A DNA stretch of 64,000 nt, from NCBI GenBank assembly GCA_012295275.1, contig CM022668.1, positions 8,742,001-8,806,000 on the forward strand. Reading direction: 5' to 3'. This document shows positions 1-17,069 of this stretch, piece after piece (the stretch's first letter is position 1; each line of letters starts with the position of its first letter). The DNA is from Chrysomallon squamiferum. Lineage: Eukaryota; Animalia; Mollusca. Below the pieces are notes generated by a model. That model searched no databases. It saw only the letters and a list, made by a program, of their open reading frames with translations, and was not told the DNA's origin. Both the position numbers and the translations under genes were made by a program.

Positions 1-310
1 GTCGAGCTTGTTTTGATCAAAAGACTTATGGAAATTTAGTCAAGAAGAGAGGATTGCGAAAACTGGGTTCAGAGAAAACAAAAGTTAAAGGTAATTTTTT
101 TTTTTTTTCGATAAATCATATGTTTTCAGAATCGAGTTTTGTTACCTAAATTACTGCAGCAAATTTCTTGTGATATAAATTATTTGGAGATTTCTAGGTG
201 ATATTTCCATGATATCTGATTATTTTTAATGTCTCAGTCTGGGATTTTTTTTTTTTTTTTTTTTTTTATCCTCTCTCAATATCTTTATCTCGTTAATAAT
301 TTAACTTTAC

Positions 311-313
<3 letters not shown>

Positions 314-405
<92 letters not shown>
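314..405. repeat. (CT)n microsatellite
   Basis: Perfect dinucleotide run read directly. Confidence 0.98.
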
Positions 406-408
<3 letters not shown>

Positions 409-559
409 AGATATAATTCTGACTTATATTATTGTTTATATAATTTCATCTTGTGTTTATGCTCGTTAAACTAGAACAGAGTTGCTTTAATACACATCAG
501 AGAGTTGATTTATCGAAATTTTTCAGATTAAAAACACAAGTACCAGTTTCTTGTTAATT

Positions 560-706
<147 letters not shown>

Positions 707-844
707 ACAGTATGTTTACGGTTGCATACATACAATGAAAAGCTCTTGGCGATACTGATTCAGCCTTGTAACGAGTACCACACATTAAACACCTCTATTC
801 AGCTTGCTTTCAATTCGCATTCTCAATCTTATTTCCTGCTTTAA

Positions 845-892
845 AGTGCAGGTGGCGCCCCCTGATGGGATTAACTAACAACTAGGTGGCGT
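845..892. promoter_or_regulatory. cluster of three CTCF-like motifs (candidate insulator)
   Basis: AGTGCAGGTGGCGC (845-858, +), CCATCAGGGGGCGC (855-868, -) and CAACTAGGTGGCGT (879-892, +) resemble the CTCF core CCASYAGRKGGCRS in otherwise AT-rich DNA. Confidence 0.5.
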
Positions 893-1255
893 GTTATAGT
901 GGGAACAGATTCATTATTTGTTAGTGTCGAATACAAATCTTCAGTGCAGCTACAACAAACAAGTATAAAGAGGAAAACATTAGGTTTGACAATCGGCGGT
1001 TATTCATTGTCGTTTCCAGTCGATGGCTTTTGACACTTTAAATATTTTTATTCCAGTTTAAGTGCCCTAGGGCATGTTTTTCAGATGCTAAGGGTTAACA
1101 TACCGGTAAACTTGGAACAATATTCTGTTGTTATTTTAAACAATAATGTGTGAAACATCAATGAAACACGTTGTCAACGCTCTCGGAATCGTTCGGTTAA
1201 GAACAGGGACCACAAAATTGATAATTAATTTTACTGACTAAAATAAATAACTTTT

Positions 1256-1302
<47 letters not shown>

Positions 1303-1558
1303 TTTGTTTGTTTGTTTCTTTATTTATTTGTTTATTTATTTGTTTATTATCAATTATTCTTATATATTTTTGTATTTTATTTTTATTTTTCAATTATTTT
1401 AGTTTATTCATTCATTCCCTGCAAATTTCCAATAGAAATTTTATTTTTCAAGATGTGTCATTCCGCTAATTTAATTAAATTAGATTTATTATTACTATGT
1501 TAGTACTGTTTCTTTCTTCATCTAATTATCATCATCATTATTATTATTCTTACTATCA

Positions 1559-1609
<51 letters not shown>

Positions 1610-1849
1610 GAACGTACTACCAAACTGTAAAAAACTCCCACATATATATATAAAGCAATGAAAAAAAGAAGGCTTTAATGAAAGAAAAGAAAAAAGCTGA
1701 TAAATGTAATCAATACACTGGAAATTTAAATGTCCATTATCAAATAACTTCGTGACGGATATTTTTATATCACTGAAACAACAAGATCGACTTCGACTCC
1801 ACAACGAAAACTGGTTTATACCGTCAGCCTTTGATCCTATTATGGGATC

Positions 1850-1910
1850 CTGCCCTACTTCCGCTTTCCACCTGGCTCGTGCAGTCTCGCGCCTTTCTCC
1901 GCCAAAGTGA
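1850..1910. promoter_or_regulatory. GC/CpG-rich promoter-like patch
   Basis: ETS-like ACTTCCG (1857-1863), TCTCGCG (1885-1891) and E2F-like TTTCTCCGCCAAA (1894-1906) within 50 bp. No transcript evidence. Confidence 0.3.
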
Positions 1911-2068
1911 TTTACACGACACTTTTAAAGAATTAAGTTAATCTTGTTGGAAGTGCTATTTCCTACACAACGAAGTATTTTTATCTGTTTAGCATTTTCT
2001 TTTTTTGTTATTTTTATCTCTGCTTTATTGGTTTTGCTGTTGTTGTTCTTCTTCTTCTTATTATTATT

Positions 2069-2130
<62 letters not shown>

Positions 2131-2427
2131 CTTATCTTTATTTTATTGTAGTTTTCAAGAGCAGTTCGTCTGGTAAACTGAAATACAACACGGAGGCGCT
2201 GACGTTGTTTTATTACTTTATTTAAATGAATTCCGACGCTTTTAACTAGAATTAGTCTTTTATGCACTGAGTCGTTGAGACTGGTGTATCTCAGTGTGGC
2301 CCGTTTTGTTGTTCACTGGTACAAGTAGACAGGTTAGTTTTTGTTATGTGAAAGATATTAGTGTTATAGCTGTCTGTCTGTATATCTATCTGTTTATGTG
2401 TCTGTATCAGCTATCTCTCTAGATGTG

Positions 2428-2560
<133 letters not shown>

Positions 2561-2570
2561 ACTGACAGAG

Positions 2571-2797
2571 ATAAGTTAATTATAAAAACTAATTATAAGA
2601 ATCACACCAGACGCATATAGATTTTAAAATGCCTTGATTACGTCATTAAATAGATTACGGCGTCATTTCTGTCCTTAATCTAATACACAGTTGTGTGGTA
2701 AGTTAATTATCACAATCACACCAGACCCATATAGGTTTTAAAATGCGTTGATTACGTTATTATATAGAATACATCATTTCTAGCCTTCTTTTAATAC
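2571..2797. repeat. diverged two-copy tandem duplication (~110-125 bp)
   Basis: taagttaattat...aatcacaccagac(g/c)catatag(a/g)ttttaaaatgc(c/g)ttgattacgt...catttct...taatac occurs at ~2571-2686 and again at ~2699-2797. Confidence 0.85.
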
Positions 2798-3191
2798 CTT
2801 TTTATAGTTGTACATTTTTTATTCACCAGTTCTTATAAAATATTGCTGTTAAACTTCACAGCAATTTTTCAGTATTGCTTAATGACAATTTTTCCTTGAT
2901 GACAATTTTTCCAACCTTGTGTTTCAGTATTGTATAAAACAATCTATTAACTATTTCAGGACAAATGTTGGTTGGATTCTTCTTTTTTCTTTTTTCTTTT
3001 TTTTTTCTTTCAGTTTTATCATTATTATTGTTATTGGTTTTTCTTTCTTTATCTTTATAAAGATAGAAAGACAGATAGAGAGACAGACAGACATAAGACT
3101 GATGTAAGTATCGATATAGATATCTACTTTTTAAAAACAAATCTAACACATGATATATAATTATGTATAACTGAATCTTACTCATTTAAGC

Positions 3192-3230
3192 CAGTGATTC
3201 TCAACTTTGTCGGTGCGGTCCACTTCAGAA
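3192..3230 (+). mobile_element. possible hAT (Charlie-type) MITE terminus remnant
   Basis: CAGTGATTCTCAAC resembles hAT-Charlie terminal inverted repeats (recalled consensus). No partner TIR or TSD nearby. Confidence 0.3.
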
Positions 3231-3376
3231 AAAGATGTCATCATACAGTTTGGGTGGGGCTGGTATATTTATAACTACATGTACTTTAATTTCACAAAAT
3301 AACACATTTTTCATTTAAATTCAGTGACCAGTATAAATTTTAGTCTATGAGACATTGCCCTTTAAAGAAACATAAC

Positions 3377-3449
<73 letters not shown>

Positions 3450-4626
3450 TGCAATCTGAGGATAGATCCTACACATTATAGCACTTCAGGTCCGCGCTTC
3501 AACCATTTTGATGCGACTCTTTAAATTAAAGCAAAAACTCAAAAATAATTATTATTATGCAGCAAGAACAAAAGACAAGCAATAATAATCAGTAATAATA
3601 ACCATGGAAACGGCACGAAGTTTTGAAAATAACTTTGAGACAATTAAAATGCATTCTAAGAGTAGATAATTATTAATGTCCAATGTCACAAGGGAATGCG
3701 TTTAAAACGAAAACAGCGCAGACGAGAATCTACTGTAATCAGATACCTACACGAACCGCAATGAACCCGTTTTATAGCACCTTGAAGTTTTGCATTACCG
3801 TCATTAAAAAAAAAAAAAAAAAAAAAAAAATTTAAACTACTAGTGCATTATAATGGAAGACTGAGATGAATAAATATATGTCTGTCGTCTGTGTGTCTGT
3901 CTCCAAGTCTGGGTCTATCAGTCCGCTCGCCGTAGTTGTAAGATATTTATGTAACATCGAAAATATAAAAAAAATAAAAATATTGTAACATGAAGTTTGA
4001 AGTCATAAAAGTGGATTTTCAAATAAGTATATATAAACATTCATATACTGCAAAGAGACACACACAAACACGCACACACACAGATACACATATTTTACAT
4101 AGCGCACATGCAGGATAACACAACAAAAAATACACGCACGCACGTGTATGCGCGCATGCACAAAAATATATCTTATTTGGTCAAATTCTCTAACAAAATA
4201 ACCACTGCTGTTACATTTATTAAAGTAACGGGAAGACATTTATTAAAGTAATGCTAGATACAGGTTAGATATATGCTGTTGTTTAATATGAGTGGATATA
4301 CTGAGATTTTTAATTAAAACAGGGACAGGCAGGTGCATGTAAATATACCTTTATTTACATATATATGTATAGTCACATGTACAAACACGTATATTCGTAG
4401 ATTAAAGACAATAACAATAAATACATTTTAGAAAAAGAATATATAATAATAGTAAAAATTGCTTATACTATACAGATACAGTTTAATGCGTTTTTTAGTT
4501 GTTGTTGTTTTTTTGTTGGATTTTCTTTTCCTTTTTCTTATGTTTTATATATATTTAAAATTTATTTATTATTTTTTCGTCTCACTAACTAAATAAGTTT
4601 GCCCTGACTTTCTGCAGCTTTCACAG

Positions 4627-4683
<57 letters not shown>

Positions 4684-4727
4684 CTCTCTTAATCATGATT
4701 TATGTTGATGTTATTTACGAGACTTAC

Positions 4728-4960
4728 ACCCGACGTTGTTCCGATTTGACGTCCCGTTTCCATTCACGTTGAAAATATCGGCTGCCATTACGTGGTGTTG
4801 GGTAACAAGAATCATAAATAACCCGAGCTTTTCAAAACAATCGCTCTGACGGGTCGGCAAAACCACACTGCAAAGTGACGTCAGACTCGCAGTTACTTTG
4901 ACCCAGAGGTCATTAGCGCGTGCTGCTTTGTCTCTTTCTTTAGTTAGTCTCGGTTTTCTC
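4728..4960. promoter_or_regulatory. CpG-rich regulatory patch upstream of the LYPD6-like gene
   Basis: Palindromic CRE TGACGTCA (4876-4883), everted nuclear-receptor half-sites TGACCC-AG-AGGTCA (4899-4912), and many CpGs. Confidence 0.4.
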
Positions 4961-5213
4961 ATATGTTTTAAATGCTAATTTCGGTGAAAATTACTATTAT
5001 CTACATTTGCTGCAGCGATCGAAGTATTTTTTTAACATGACCGTGAACCAGTCAATTTTCTGTCAGTAAAGACGAGATAGGATTCCATAAATCAAGAAAT
5101 AAATAAATAAATAAAAATTATATATTTATATATAACAATACTTTATTTTTAATTAATTTATTTTTGTTTTTATTATATGTGTATATAATTGTTATTCTTT
5201 ATTCTTTTGTTTC

Positions 5214-5272
<59 letters not shown>

Positions 5273-5408
5273 TTATAAGTTGTCTACAAATGATCTAATT
5301 ACTATGTAAAATTGTTTATTTATTCATTCATTCATTCATTTATTTTTTTTACTTTATTTTTTTTCTGTTTCTTTCCTTTTTTTTTTTTTTTCTTTTTTTT
5401 TTTTTTTT

Positions 5409-5441
<33 letters not shown>

Positions 5442-5501
5442 CGTTGCTAATGTTTAAATGATCAGAATCGATTCGGCAGAGACCAGTGTTATTCTTTATT
5501 G

Positions 5502-5694
5502 TCAGTTCCTCTCTGGCAAGTTCAAGTTAGTCGATATTAACAGTTATTCAATGTCGATGACTCACGCGATTGTTTTCTCTCTCTCTCTCTCGTTCTCAGC
5601 ATATCGCAGTATTTTCACAGATCATTCAAGGAAGACTCGTGTTTTCCTAAAAATCGCCAGGTCTCAGGTGAAACTGTACAGCTTCAGCAGAAAG
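5502..5694 (+). other. candidate non-coding first exon of the LYPD6-like gene
   Basis: Inr-like TCAGTT at 5502 and a strong donor AAAG|GTAAGA at 5694/5695. The ATG exon has its own acceptor at 6822-6823, so an upstream exon is expected. The 5' boundary is a guess. Confidence 0.5.
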
Positions 5695-5820
5695 GTAAGA
5701 ATAAGACTCAGAATAATTCTAGCAGCAAATGTCTCCATCTCTCTCAGTTTGTCTCTCACTGCGTTTGTTCTTGTTTCTCTCGGTCACTCTGTCTCTGATT
5801 CTACCACTATTTTATTTGGG

Positions 5821-5902
<82 letters not shown>

Positions 5903-6289
5903 TACCAGTGTGAATGTGTGTGTGTATGTCTTCCTACCTGTGTGTGTGATGGTGGATATTTTTATTCCTTTTGTCTCTCTGACACAAAGATAAAACTAGC
6001 TTCCAGCTATGATTGTCAAAACATATTTTTATCTTCACTATCAGAGGTGATTTTTTTTATTCTTTCTTTTATTTTTATTTTCCCTTCGACTACTAAGATC
6101 TAAGCGATATAAACAGACAGGCACATATAAATCACAGCCACAGGTTTTAATTTCAAATATTGTAATGTAATATACTTTATTAGAAATACGATGTCATATA
6201 TGGCGTAATATGATATGATATGGCATGGTTTGGTGTCGTATAACATATAATATGATATCATGTGATACACTGTAAAATAAAATATTAGT

Positions 6290-6540
6290 ATAATAATATA
6301 ATATAATATAATATAATATAATATAATATAATATAATATAATATAATATAATATAATATAATACAATATAACATAATATAATGTAATGGTAATGTAATAT
6401 AATGTAATACAATACAATACAGTACAATACAGTACATTACAATACAATACAATGCAATGCAATGCAATATAATACAATACAATACAACATAACATAACAT
6501 AACGTAACGTAACGTAACATAACATAACATAACGTAATGT
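6290..6540. repeat. compound pentanucleotide microsatellite
   Basis: In-register series (ATATA)n, (ATACA)n, (ATGCA)n, (ATAAC)n, (GTAAC)n. Confidence 0.9.
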
Positions 6541-6833
6541 ATTGTATGTATATGGACGTGTCTAGTGATATATCTATAACGTTATATAACGAAATTGTCT
6601 AAATTTGATAGCGCATCTTCACATGAAGCTGGTGTAAAATTAATTTATCTGCTTTCCACAATTCAGTGAATTCTTCGTCATCACTGCATGATTCATTCGG
6701 TGATTCATGTCTGCGACCTCTGAGAATTGATTCGGAATCGTTTTATCCTGTAAGCAGAAATGTTTCAGCTTTAATGGTTTGATGTGAATGGATCGTAATA
6801 ATCATTATTATTATTATTTTCAGAACGGGTAAC

Positions 6834-9939
<3,106 letters not shown>

Positions 9940-10514
9940 CCAGCAGAGCGGTCAAGACATTGCGACATACGCAGATGACCGCGCGTTAACGATAAAGGTC
10001 AAGGTTAACGATAATTCGGTGCTAAAGATGACTTAACTAAAGGATCATTTATTGAACAATGGTCTTCTGTTGTATACTGCATTACTATGGAGCATTGGAG
10101 CAGTCAACGATTGTATACAATACTACTGGAACATTATCAGTTACGCTCTCGCACGAAACTGTGAAGCGATTGTATAAGAATCATTATATTTATTGAAATT
10201 ACGAAGATCGGTTGTTGCCAAAAAACATCACTGTGTGTATCTGTGTTATAAACGTAAAATGGATAATGTATTTATTTAAAGTGGCGAAAGGATCATATTG
10301 TTATTATAATACGGCTGAAGATTTCTTATCTTCGAAAAACGTTACATAGAGTAACACTTATATAATGGTTGACTGATCATGCATTTGTTGTATGTACAAT
10401 CACTTCCAAAGACATTCCCATACGTAACAGTGATGAAAGGTTGATATTATTATTATATGCACGGAGACTGGTTTTTAGCCAAATATTAACCAGAATAACA
10501 ATGATATAGTCATA

Positions 10515-11240
10515 AAGGGATCATTCAGTTATTGTATGTTCGATCATTACCAGCAATGTTTCATAATAAATGGATCAGATAATTTATTTCATGTACAAAT
10601 TTATAATATTCCCTAGTTACATTGGCAAAATGGATCATAAAAATATAGTACTTAAGACTACTTAAGACTACTAGAATGTTTCATAATAAAACATGTTTTC
10701 TGTTTTACAGTTATGTGGATAATATTAAAATAAATGTTATAATGTCTGCTGGATCATTACCAGGAATTTTCCATTCCATAACACGGATCTGTTCTGCAGT
10801 GGTAAATGGATCATGCATTGATATCATGATTGTGGATCATTACCAGGAAGGTATGTCTATAAAAAGCATGGTATCTGATGATAACCAGGATCACATATTT
10901 ATCTTATAACACAAGATCCTGGATCATTATCAGGATGACATTTTTGTAACATGTATGATATTGGATAATTACGAGGAATCTATATTTACAAGTACATACC
11001 GGATCATGTATTTATAACACATACAAAAATGGATCTTAAGCAGGATCATATTGTAACATATATGATATCGGATCTTTAGTTGGATTATTTTATAACACAT
11101 GCGACAGAAGGATAATATATTTATGAAAGGTGTGATATTTGATTATCAATATTTCACAGTAAACCAGTGTTTACTATGACTGGAATGACATCATACTTCT
11201 ATTAATATGAACATATACATGGCTTTCACATCATTACCAG
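10515..11240 (+). repeat. degenerate GGATCATTACCAGGA motif array in the presumed LYPD6-like 3' UTR
   Basis: Exact copies at 10751 and 10834; variants near 10541, 10921, 10963, 11031, 11070 and 11230; roughly 40-bp periodicity in 10870-11130. Confidence 0.7.
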
Positions 11241-12174
11241 TAATGCTTTTTAAGACATGATTCTATTTGTATGGTAAACAGATATTACTGGTCATCTTTC
11301 AGATATTTAGCTAACAGTAAGAGTACTGGGACTAATTAACTCAGTTAAGATCAACACAGTTACCTCGAATACAGCAGAGTCTGATAACATGAGTGATGGA
11401 TCTGTATTATTATTTATATATCTAAATTATGGTCTTTATCTACAATTTATTCACTGCAAAAACCACTGTTTATTATTATTTAGTAAAATGTCATTAGATT
11501 TAGATGTTTGACAGATGCGAGAGATCAGTTAAACATTTAATACATACAGAACTTTCAGTCTAAAATAAAAATTCAAGATGTTATGTGTCTCAATCAATGA
11601 AGAACTATGACCAGGCTTCTCCTTGTTAACACAATCATATATAGTGCAAAAATATTTCAGTTTGCTTTTGTTTTCTAATGAAGTCAGTAAACTTGAATAA
11701 TAATGTAATTATTAACTAAACAATGAAATATTTGTATTTATATATATTTTTTTTTTTTTTTTTTTTTTTTAATATTTATTTTCAGCCAGAATAGTGAAAC
11801 TGGAGAATTATTATTTTATAATTATTATTTTATCACCATCACTATCATAATTATCATCACTTTCATGATCACCTTAACTAACAAATCATTTTATTATTAG
11901 TCATATTTATTAAGTCAAATTTGATGAACGTTTTCTTTTGTATATTTTAGTTTGTATCCCAGAACTGCCAAACATTTTTTTATATATAATTTTAAATCAT
12001 TGTATTAGATAATACAAGGCATTTTCATACTACTATTCAATAATTATTTCAAAGGTATTGAAAATGTGTTATACTTTTTCTGTGTTAGTGTTTATGTCCT
12101 TGTAAATTATTATGTAAAACCTCTGAGATTGGGATGAAATGTAAAATCTGTGCTTTCATTTCCTTGTTGTTGTA

Positions 12175-12180
12175 ATTAAA
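12175..12180 (+). terminator. candidate poly(A) signal ATTAAA for the LYPD6-like gene
   Basis: Followed by GT/T-rich sequence just before the T-rich to A-rich skew switch at ~12.33 kb. Earlier AATAAA sites (10565, 10685) are alternatives. Confidence 0.35.
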
Positions 12181-12449
12181 TATTATAAAAATAGTTTCTT
12201 GTTTTATTTATTTTGTTTACTATTATTATTATATATATATTTTTAATTATTATTGTTATTATTAGTTGTTTGTTGTTTTGATATTGGGGAGGATTGTTTT
12301 TTTGTTTTTTTTTCTATTTTCTGACAGAGAGACAGAGTACAGAAATAAATAAATAAATAAATAAATAAATAACAATAAAAACAATAATAAATAATTCTAA
12401 GAATTTTTTTAAAAATATTAAAGTAAAAAAGAATTAAATAATTAGAGTT

Positions 12450-13029
12450 GTTTATAAATTTTATTTATGATCTTCCAAAAAGGAAAAAAAAAAAAATAAA
12501 AAAAAAAATCAGAAAATGAGAAATGCTAGTACATAAAACACACACACAGTTTATGTCAGTATTGCTTGATACACAAAACAAAGCAAGAACTTTACATATT
12601 TCATACACCTTGCTTTAGTCTACATGCAAATCAGTAATAATGCAGTTGTGATACAAAATACATACATGTATATAAATATATCTATATCTACCCTTTCAAA
12701 ACATAGACAGACACAGAACAAATAATAATTTATAATTTTAGGTTAATGATGAGATCAGAAATAATGTAAAACAGATAATTTAACTGAAAAAATCAACATA
12801 TGTGCCATTAACACATTGTAATTTACAAGGGTTCCAAAATGCTTAGAATCAGGGACAGGTTTTATGTTATTTTTGAAAGTGATTGTTTTTCAAGTGCAAG
12901 ATAAAAATATACAAAAATGTGTAATTTTGTAATTAATGTTGTATAAATAAATTGATTGTTGATGAAAGGAGTAAGTATGTTGAATGGCTTACAAAGCAAA
13001 GCTGTTTTGTGCACTAACATCAATGAGTC

Positions 13030-13062
<33 letters not shown>

Positions 13063-13549
13063 CTGTGTGTGAGGCATTTTGAATAAGGGATTCTTAACCT
13101 ATAATGTCTACTGCTTACTACGTAAATAAATAATTTTTTATATTTAATTGTCATACATCAAGAGTACATTGTTTAGGGTGAAATATAAAACATCAAAGAC
13201 TAAAATCGCAAGCTGTGTATAGCAGTTAAATGTAAACTTCATTAAAAAGTATTTAAAAAGGTATAAAGTTTACAAATATAAGTATTTAATTAAAAAAAAA
13301 AAATTCTAAAAAAAGAAATACTGTTTGCAATATCTGCATAGTTTGAATGAATTACTGGCAAGTTTTTTTTTTATTGCTTATAGCTAAAACAAAAATTTTA
13401 AAATAAAAGGCAATGAAATAAAATAAAATGAAATAAAATAAAATAAAATAAAATAAAATAAAATGAATAAATAAATAAAAATACAGGATAATTTAAATGA
13501 AAGCTAATTATGAACAGAATAAATTTAGAAAAAAATCTATGTAAACAAA

Positions 13550-13620
<71 letters not shown>

Positions 13621-14142
13621 AAATAAATGAATAATTACAAATAATAATACAAATAATAAAACATAAAATTGGAAATATTTTCCAATAAATAAATAAAAAT
13701 TCTGACATGCAAAAAATGTTTACAATTTCTTTCATTTGCTTGTTAAAAACAACCAAACATTTCATATTCATGTCCTAAAATATAAACAAGAAGTTAGCAC
13801 TTGTAAACAGATCAAATTTACAACAGATATCAATACATGCATATTACAACAAATATATTAAAAAAGCAGGTTTTTATATACATATAAAAAAAAAAAAAAA
13901 ATAAATAATGAAGCTAAATTGTTGATAAAATGTTTGAAATTTTCTCTTGTTCAGAATTTAAAAAGCAAAACAATATCTATTTTTATATTTTTCACTTCCC
14001 CAATTAAAACAGTGATGAAGGCAATTTTGATAAACTAGTTATTTAAAAAAAAAAAAAATGAGGTAGTTATTTATAAAACTTTTATTAAAAATTTTATAAC
14101 ATTTTGTTTAACTGTTAATAGAAAAGGTAGACAGTTTAAATA

Positions 14143-14181
<39 letters not shown>

Positions 14182-16944
14182 AATAAAGATTTTTGTAAAT
14201 GTTATTCCACAGTTTATTATTGGTTGTAATTTGTAGAAATAATTTTAATAAAATAAAATAAAGATAGGCCCACAATCATATAATTATTAATTACAATAAT
14301 TATCTTTGGACTTGAATTTATAAAACAGTAGTAATAATAACCATAATAAAAAAAAAAAAAAATAAAAAAAAAAAAAATTTAATTCAATAACAAGAACTTG
14401 GAAAAAAAAAAAAGAAAAAAGAGATTTAAAAAAAATATATATTACATGATCTTGAAAAAAAAATGACTGAACAAAATTTAATTAATTTAAAAATAATAAT
14501 AATAAAAAAAAAAAATGAAAACTCAATCACACTATAATTTGATATCTGAATTCAACAAAGAACTGAAATTAAATTAATTTTATTACTTTTTTATTCACCG
14601 ATTAATTATTCTGTCAGGTGTATTTTCTTTAATTAATCAACCAGGTGTCTTTTGTGATTAATTGCTGAATGAGATATTTATTTATTTCATTCTTATAACA
14701 AAAAGAAATATATCAAACATACTGTGATACTGATATTAAAAATATATTTTTACTGCTGCACTACTAGAAACTGCTGACTCAGTATGAAAGAAAGAAAAAT
14801 TAAAATAGAATTAAAAATAAACTGAATTTTTTAAAACAATTAAAAAAAACAAAAAAAACATTTGTATGAAACAAAGCAGTCATCAGACAAAATATACATA
14901 CCCAGTATTTTTTTATCACTTCAACTTTTAATGAACATTCCAAGCACAATTAAAAAAACCAACAAAACAAATAGAACAAAACAATTATATTCCATCAGTG
15001 AAATATTACAGTTGTTAAAAAGTATAGGTTTCATTCATTTAGCAAAAATTAATTAAATCGATTTTTGAATAACACACAAAAAAAACTTCTTGTTTTTCAG
15101 AAGATATCAAGCCTTTTGTATTTCTCACTACGCTGTTATAAAACTTCCATTTTGTTTTCCTAAAATTTTCTGCCATGCATAAATATATTATACAAAATAA
15201 AATTAATGGTTTTTTTTGGTGAACTACTGATAATAAATTAATACTATATGCATAGTTCTGTTAACTGGATATGTATAAATATGTCATATATATAAATATA
15301 TATATTTATATATAGTAAAAGGAATTATATGGACAGGTGCAGTTATATGTGTAATTTGCTGTTAGTGTTCAAAGGAAGCAAAATGGCTGCGACCCAGTGC
15401 AAACTGGGATAGTTTAGAAAGCAAGGGACATCACTCAAAGAAAGCAATTGGCTTACTGGATGATTCAGTCCAACTGTTCTATGTACCTAAAAGATATCAA
15501 TGATTCTCAACCAGATGAAATAATTATGTTGTATAAATGAAAAAATTATGTTCTGTGCTCATTTTTTTCTTTGCATTAGTTTTTATTTTTTGGCAGAGAA
15601 TGAAGCTAATGATAAATAAATTAGATATCTGTATGTTCATGAATTTTGAATTTCCACAAACCATGAAAATAATGATAAAAATATCAGATATCTGTATGTT
15701 CATGAATTTTGAATTTCCACAAACCATGAAGATAATGATAACAATATCTGATATCTGTATGTTCATGAATTTTGAATTTCCACAAACCATGAAGATAATG
15801 ATAACAATATCAGATATCTGTATGTTCATGAATTTTGAATTTCCACAAACCATGAAAATAATGATAAAAATATCAGATATCTGTATGTTCATGAATTTTG
15901 AATTTCCACAAACCATGAAGATAATGATAAAAATATCAGATATCTGTATGTTCATGAATTTTGAATTTCCACAAACCATGAAAATAATGATAAAAATATC
16001 AGATATCTGTATGTTCATGAATTTTGAATTTCCACAAACCATGAAGATAATGATAAAAATATCAGATATCTGTATGTTCATGAATTTTGAATTTCCACAA
16101 ACCATGAAGATAATGATAACAATATCTGATATCTGTATGTTCATGAATTTTGAATTTCCACAAACCATGAAGATAATGATAACAATATCAGATATCTGTA
16201 TGTTCATGAATTTTGAATTTCCACAAACCATGAAGATAATGATAAAATAATATTTAAAAATTTTGAATTTCCACAAACCATGAAGATAATGATAAAATAA
16301 AAAAATATTTAAAAAATCACAGTTATCTGTGCTGATGCTGTTTGAGATTTTATGAAATAAGAAGATAAGGATAAAAATATCAGGGACTGGTTTTTATAAA
16401 TTTTCACTTTTTACCAAATGTGGAGATGATAAAAATATCTAAAATATTCATGAATTTTGACTTTCCAAAAAAAAAAAAGATAATGATAAACAGATCAGAT
16501 GTTTGTGATTTCATGAAATCTGACTTTATACAAAATATAAAGGTAATGATAAAAATATCAGATATCTGTAATTTCATGAATTTTGACTTTATACAAAATA
16601 TAAAGATGATAAAAATATCAGATATATGACACTGTATGGATTTTAACTTTCTGCAGTATGTAAATATCAGATATTTGTGATTCCATGAAAGATAATGATA
16701 AAAATATCTGTGATTTCATGAATTTTTACTTTTTGTAAAATATAGAGATAATGATAAAAATTTCAGATACTTGTGATTTCTTGAATTTTTACTTTCCATA
16801 AAAAGTGTGAAGGTAAAAATATCAGATATCTAAATTAATTTTATTTTACTGTTCATGAAACATGAAGAAAAACATATCTGTATGATCAAGAACATGCAAT
16901 ATTATGTTTGCAAACTCACTAACTGGTAATGACATCTGAGGTAA

Positions 16945-17009
<65 letters not shown>

Positions 17010-17036
17010 TAATAATAAAATAATAATAATAAAAAA

Positions 17037-17069
<33 letters not shown>

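Noticed and set aside
1-90. Open frame 3..90 ending at AAAG|GTAATT, a possible exon of a neighbouring gene
   Set aside because: Truncated by the window edge, unrecognised peptide, and no downstream exon found. It could equally be a transposon fragment.
15393-15408. CCCAGT-GCAA-ACTGGG hairpin as a structured ncRNA
   Set aside because: A single 6-bp stem is expected by chance, and the GNRA loop is on the strand opposite the presumed mRNA. No snoRNA, tRNA or miRNA features.
15524-16276. 237-aa and 250-aa repeat ORFs; superficially CRISPR-like array
   Set aside because: The units abut with no unique spacers, there are no cas genes, and the context is eukaryotic. The ORFs follow from a stop-free 63-bp unit.
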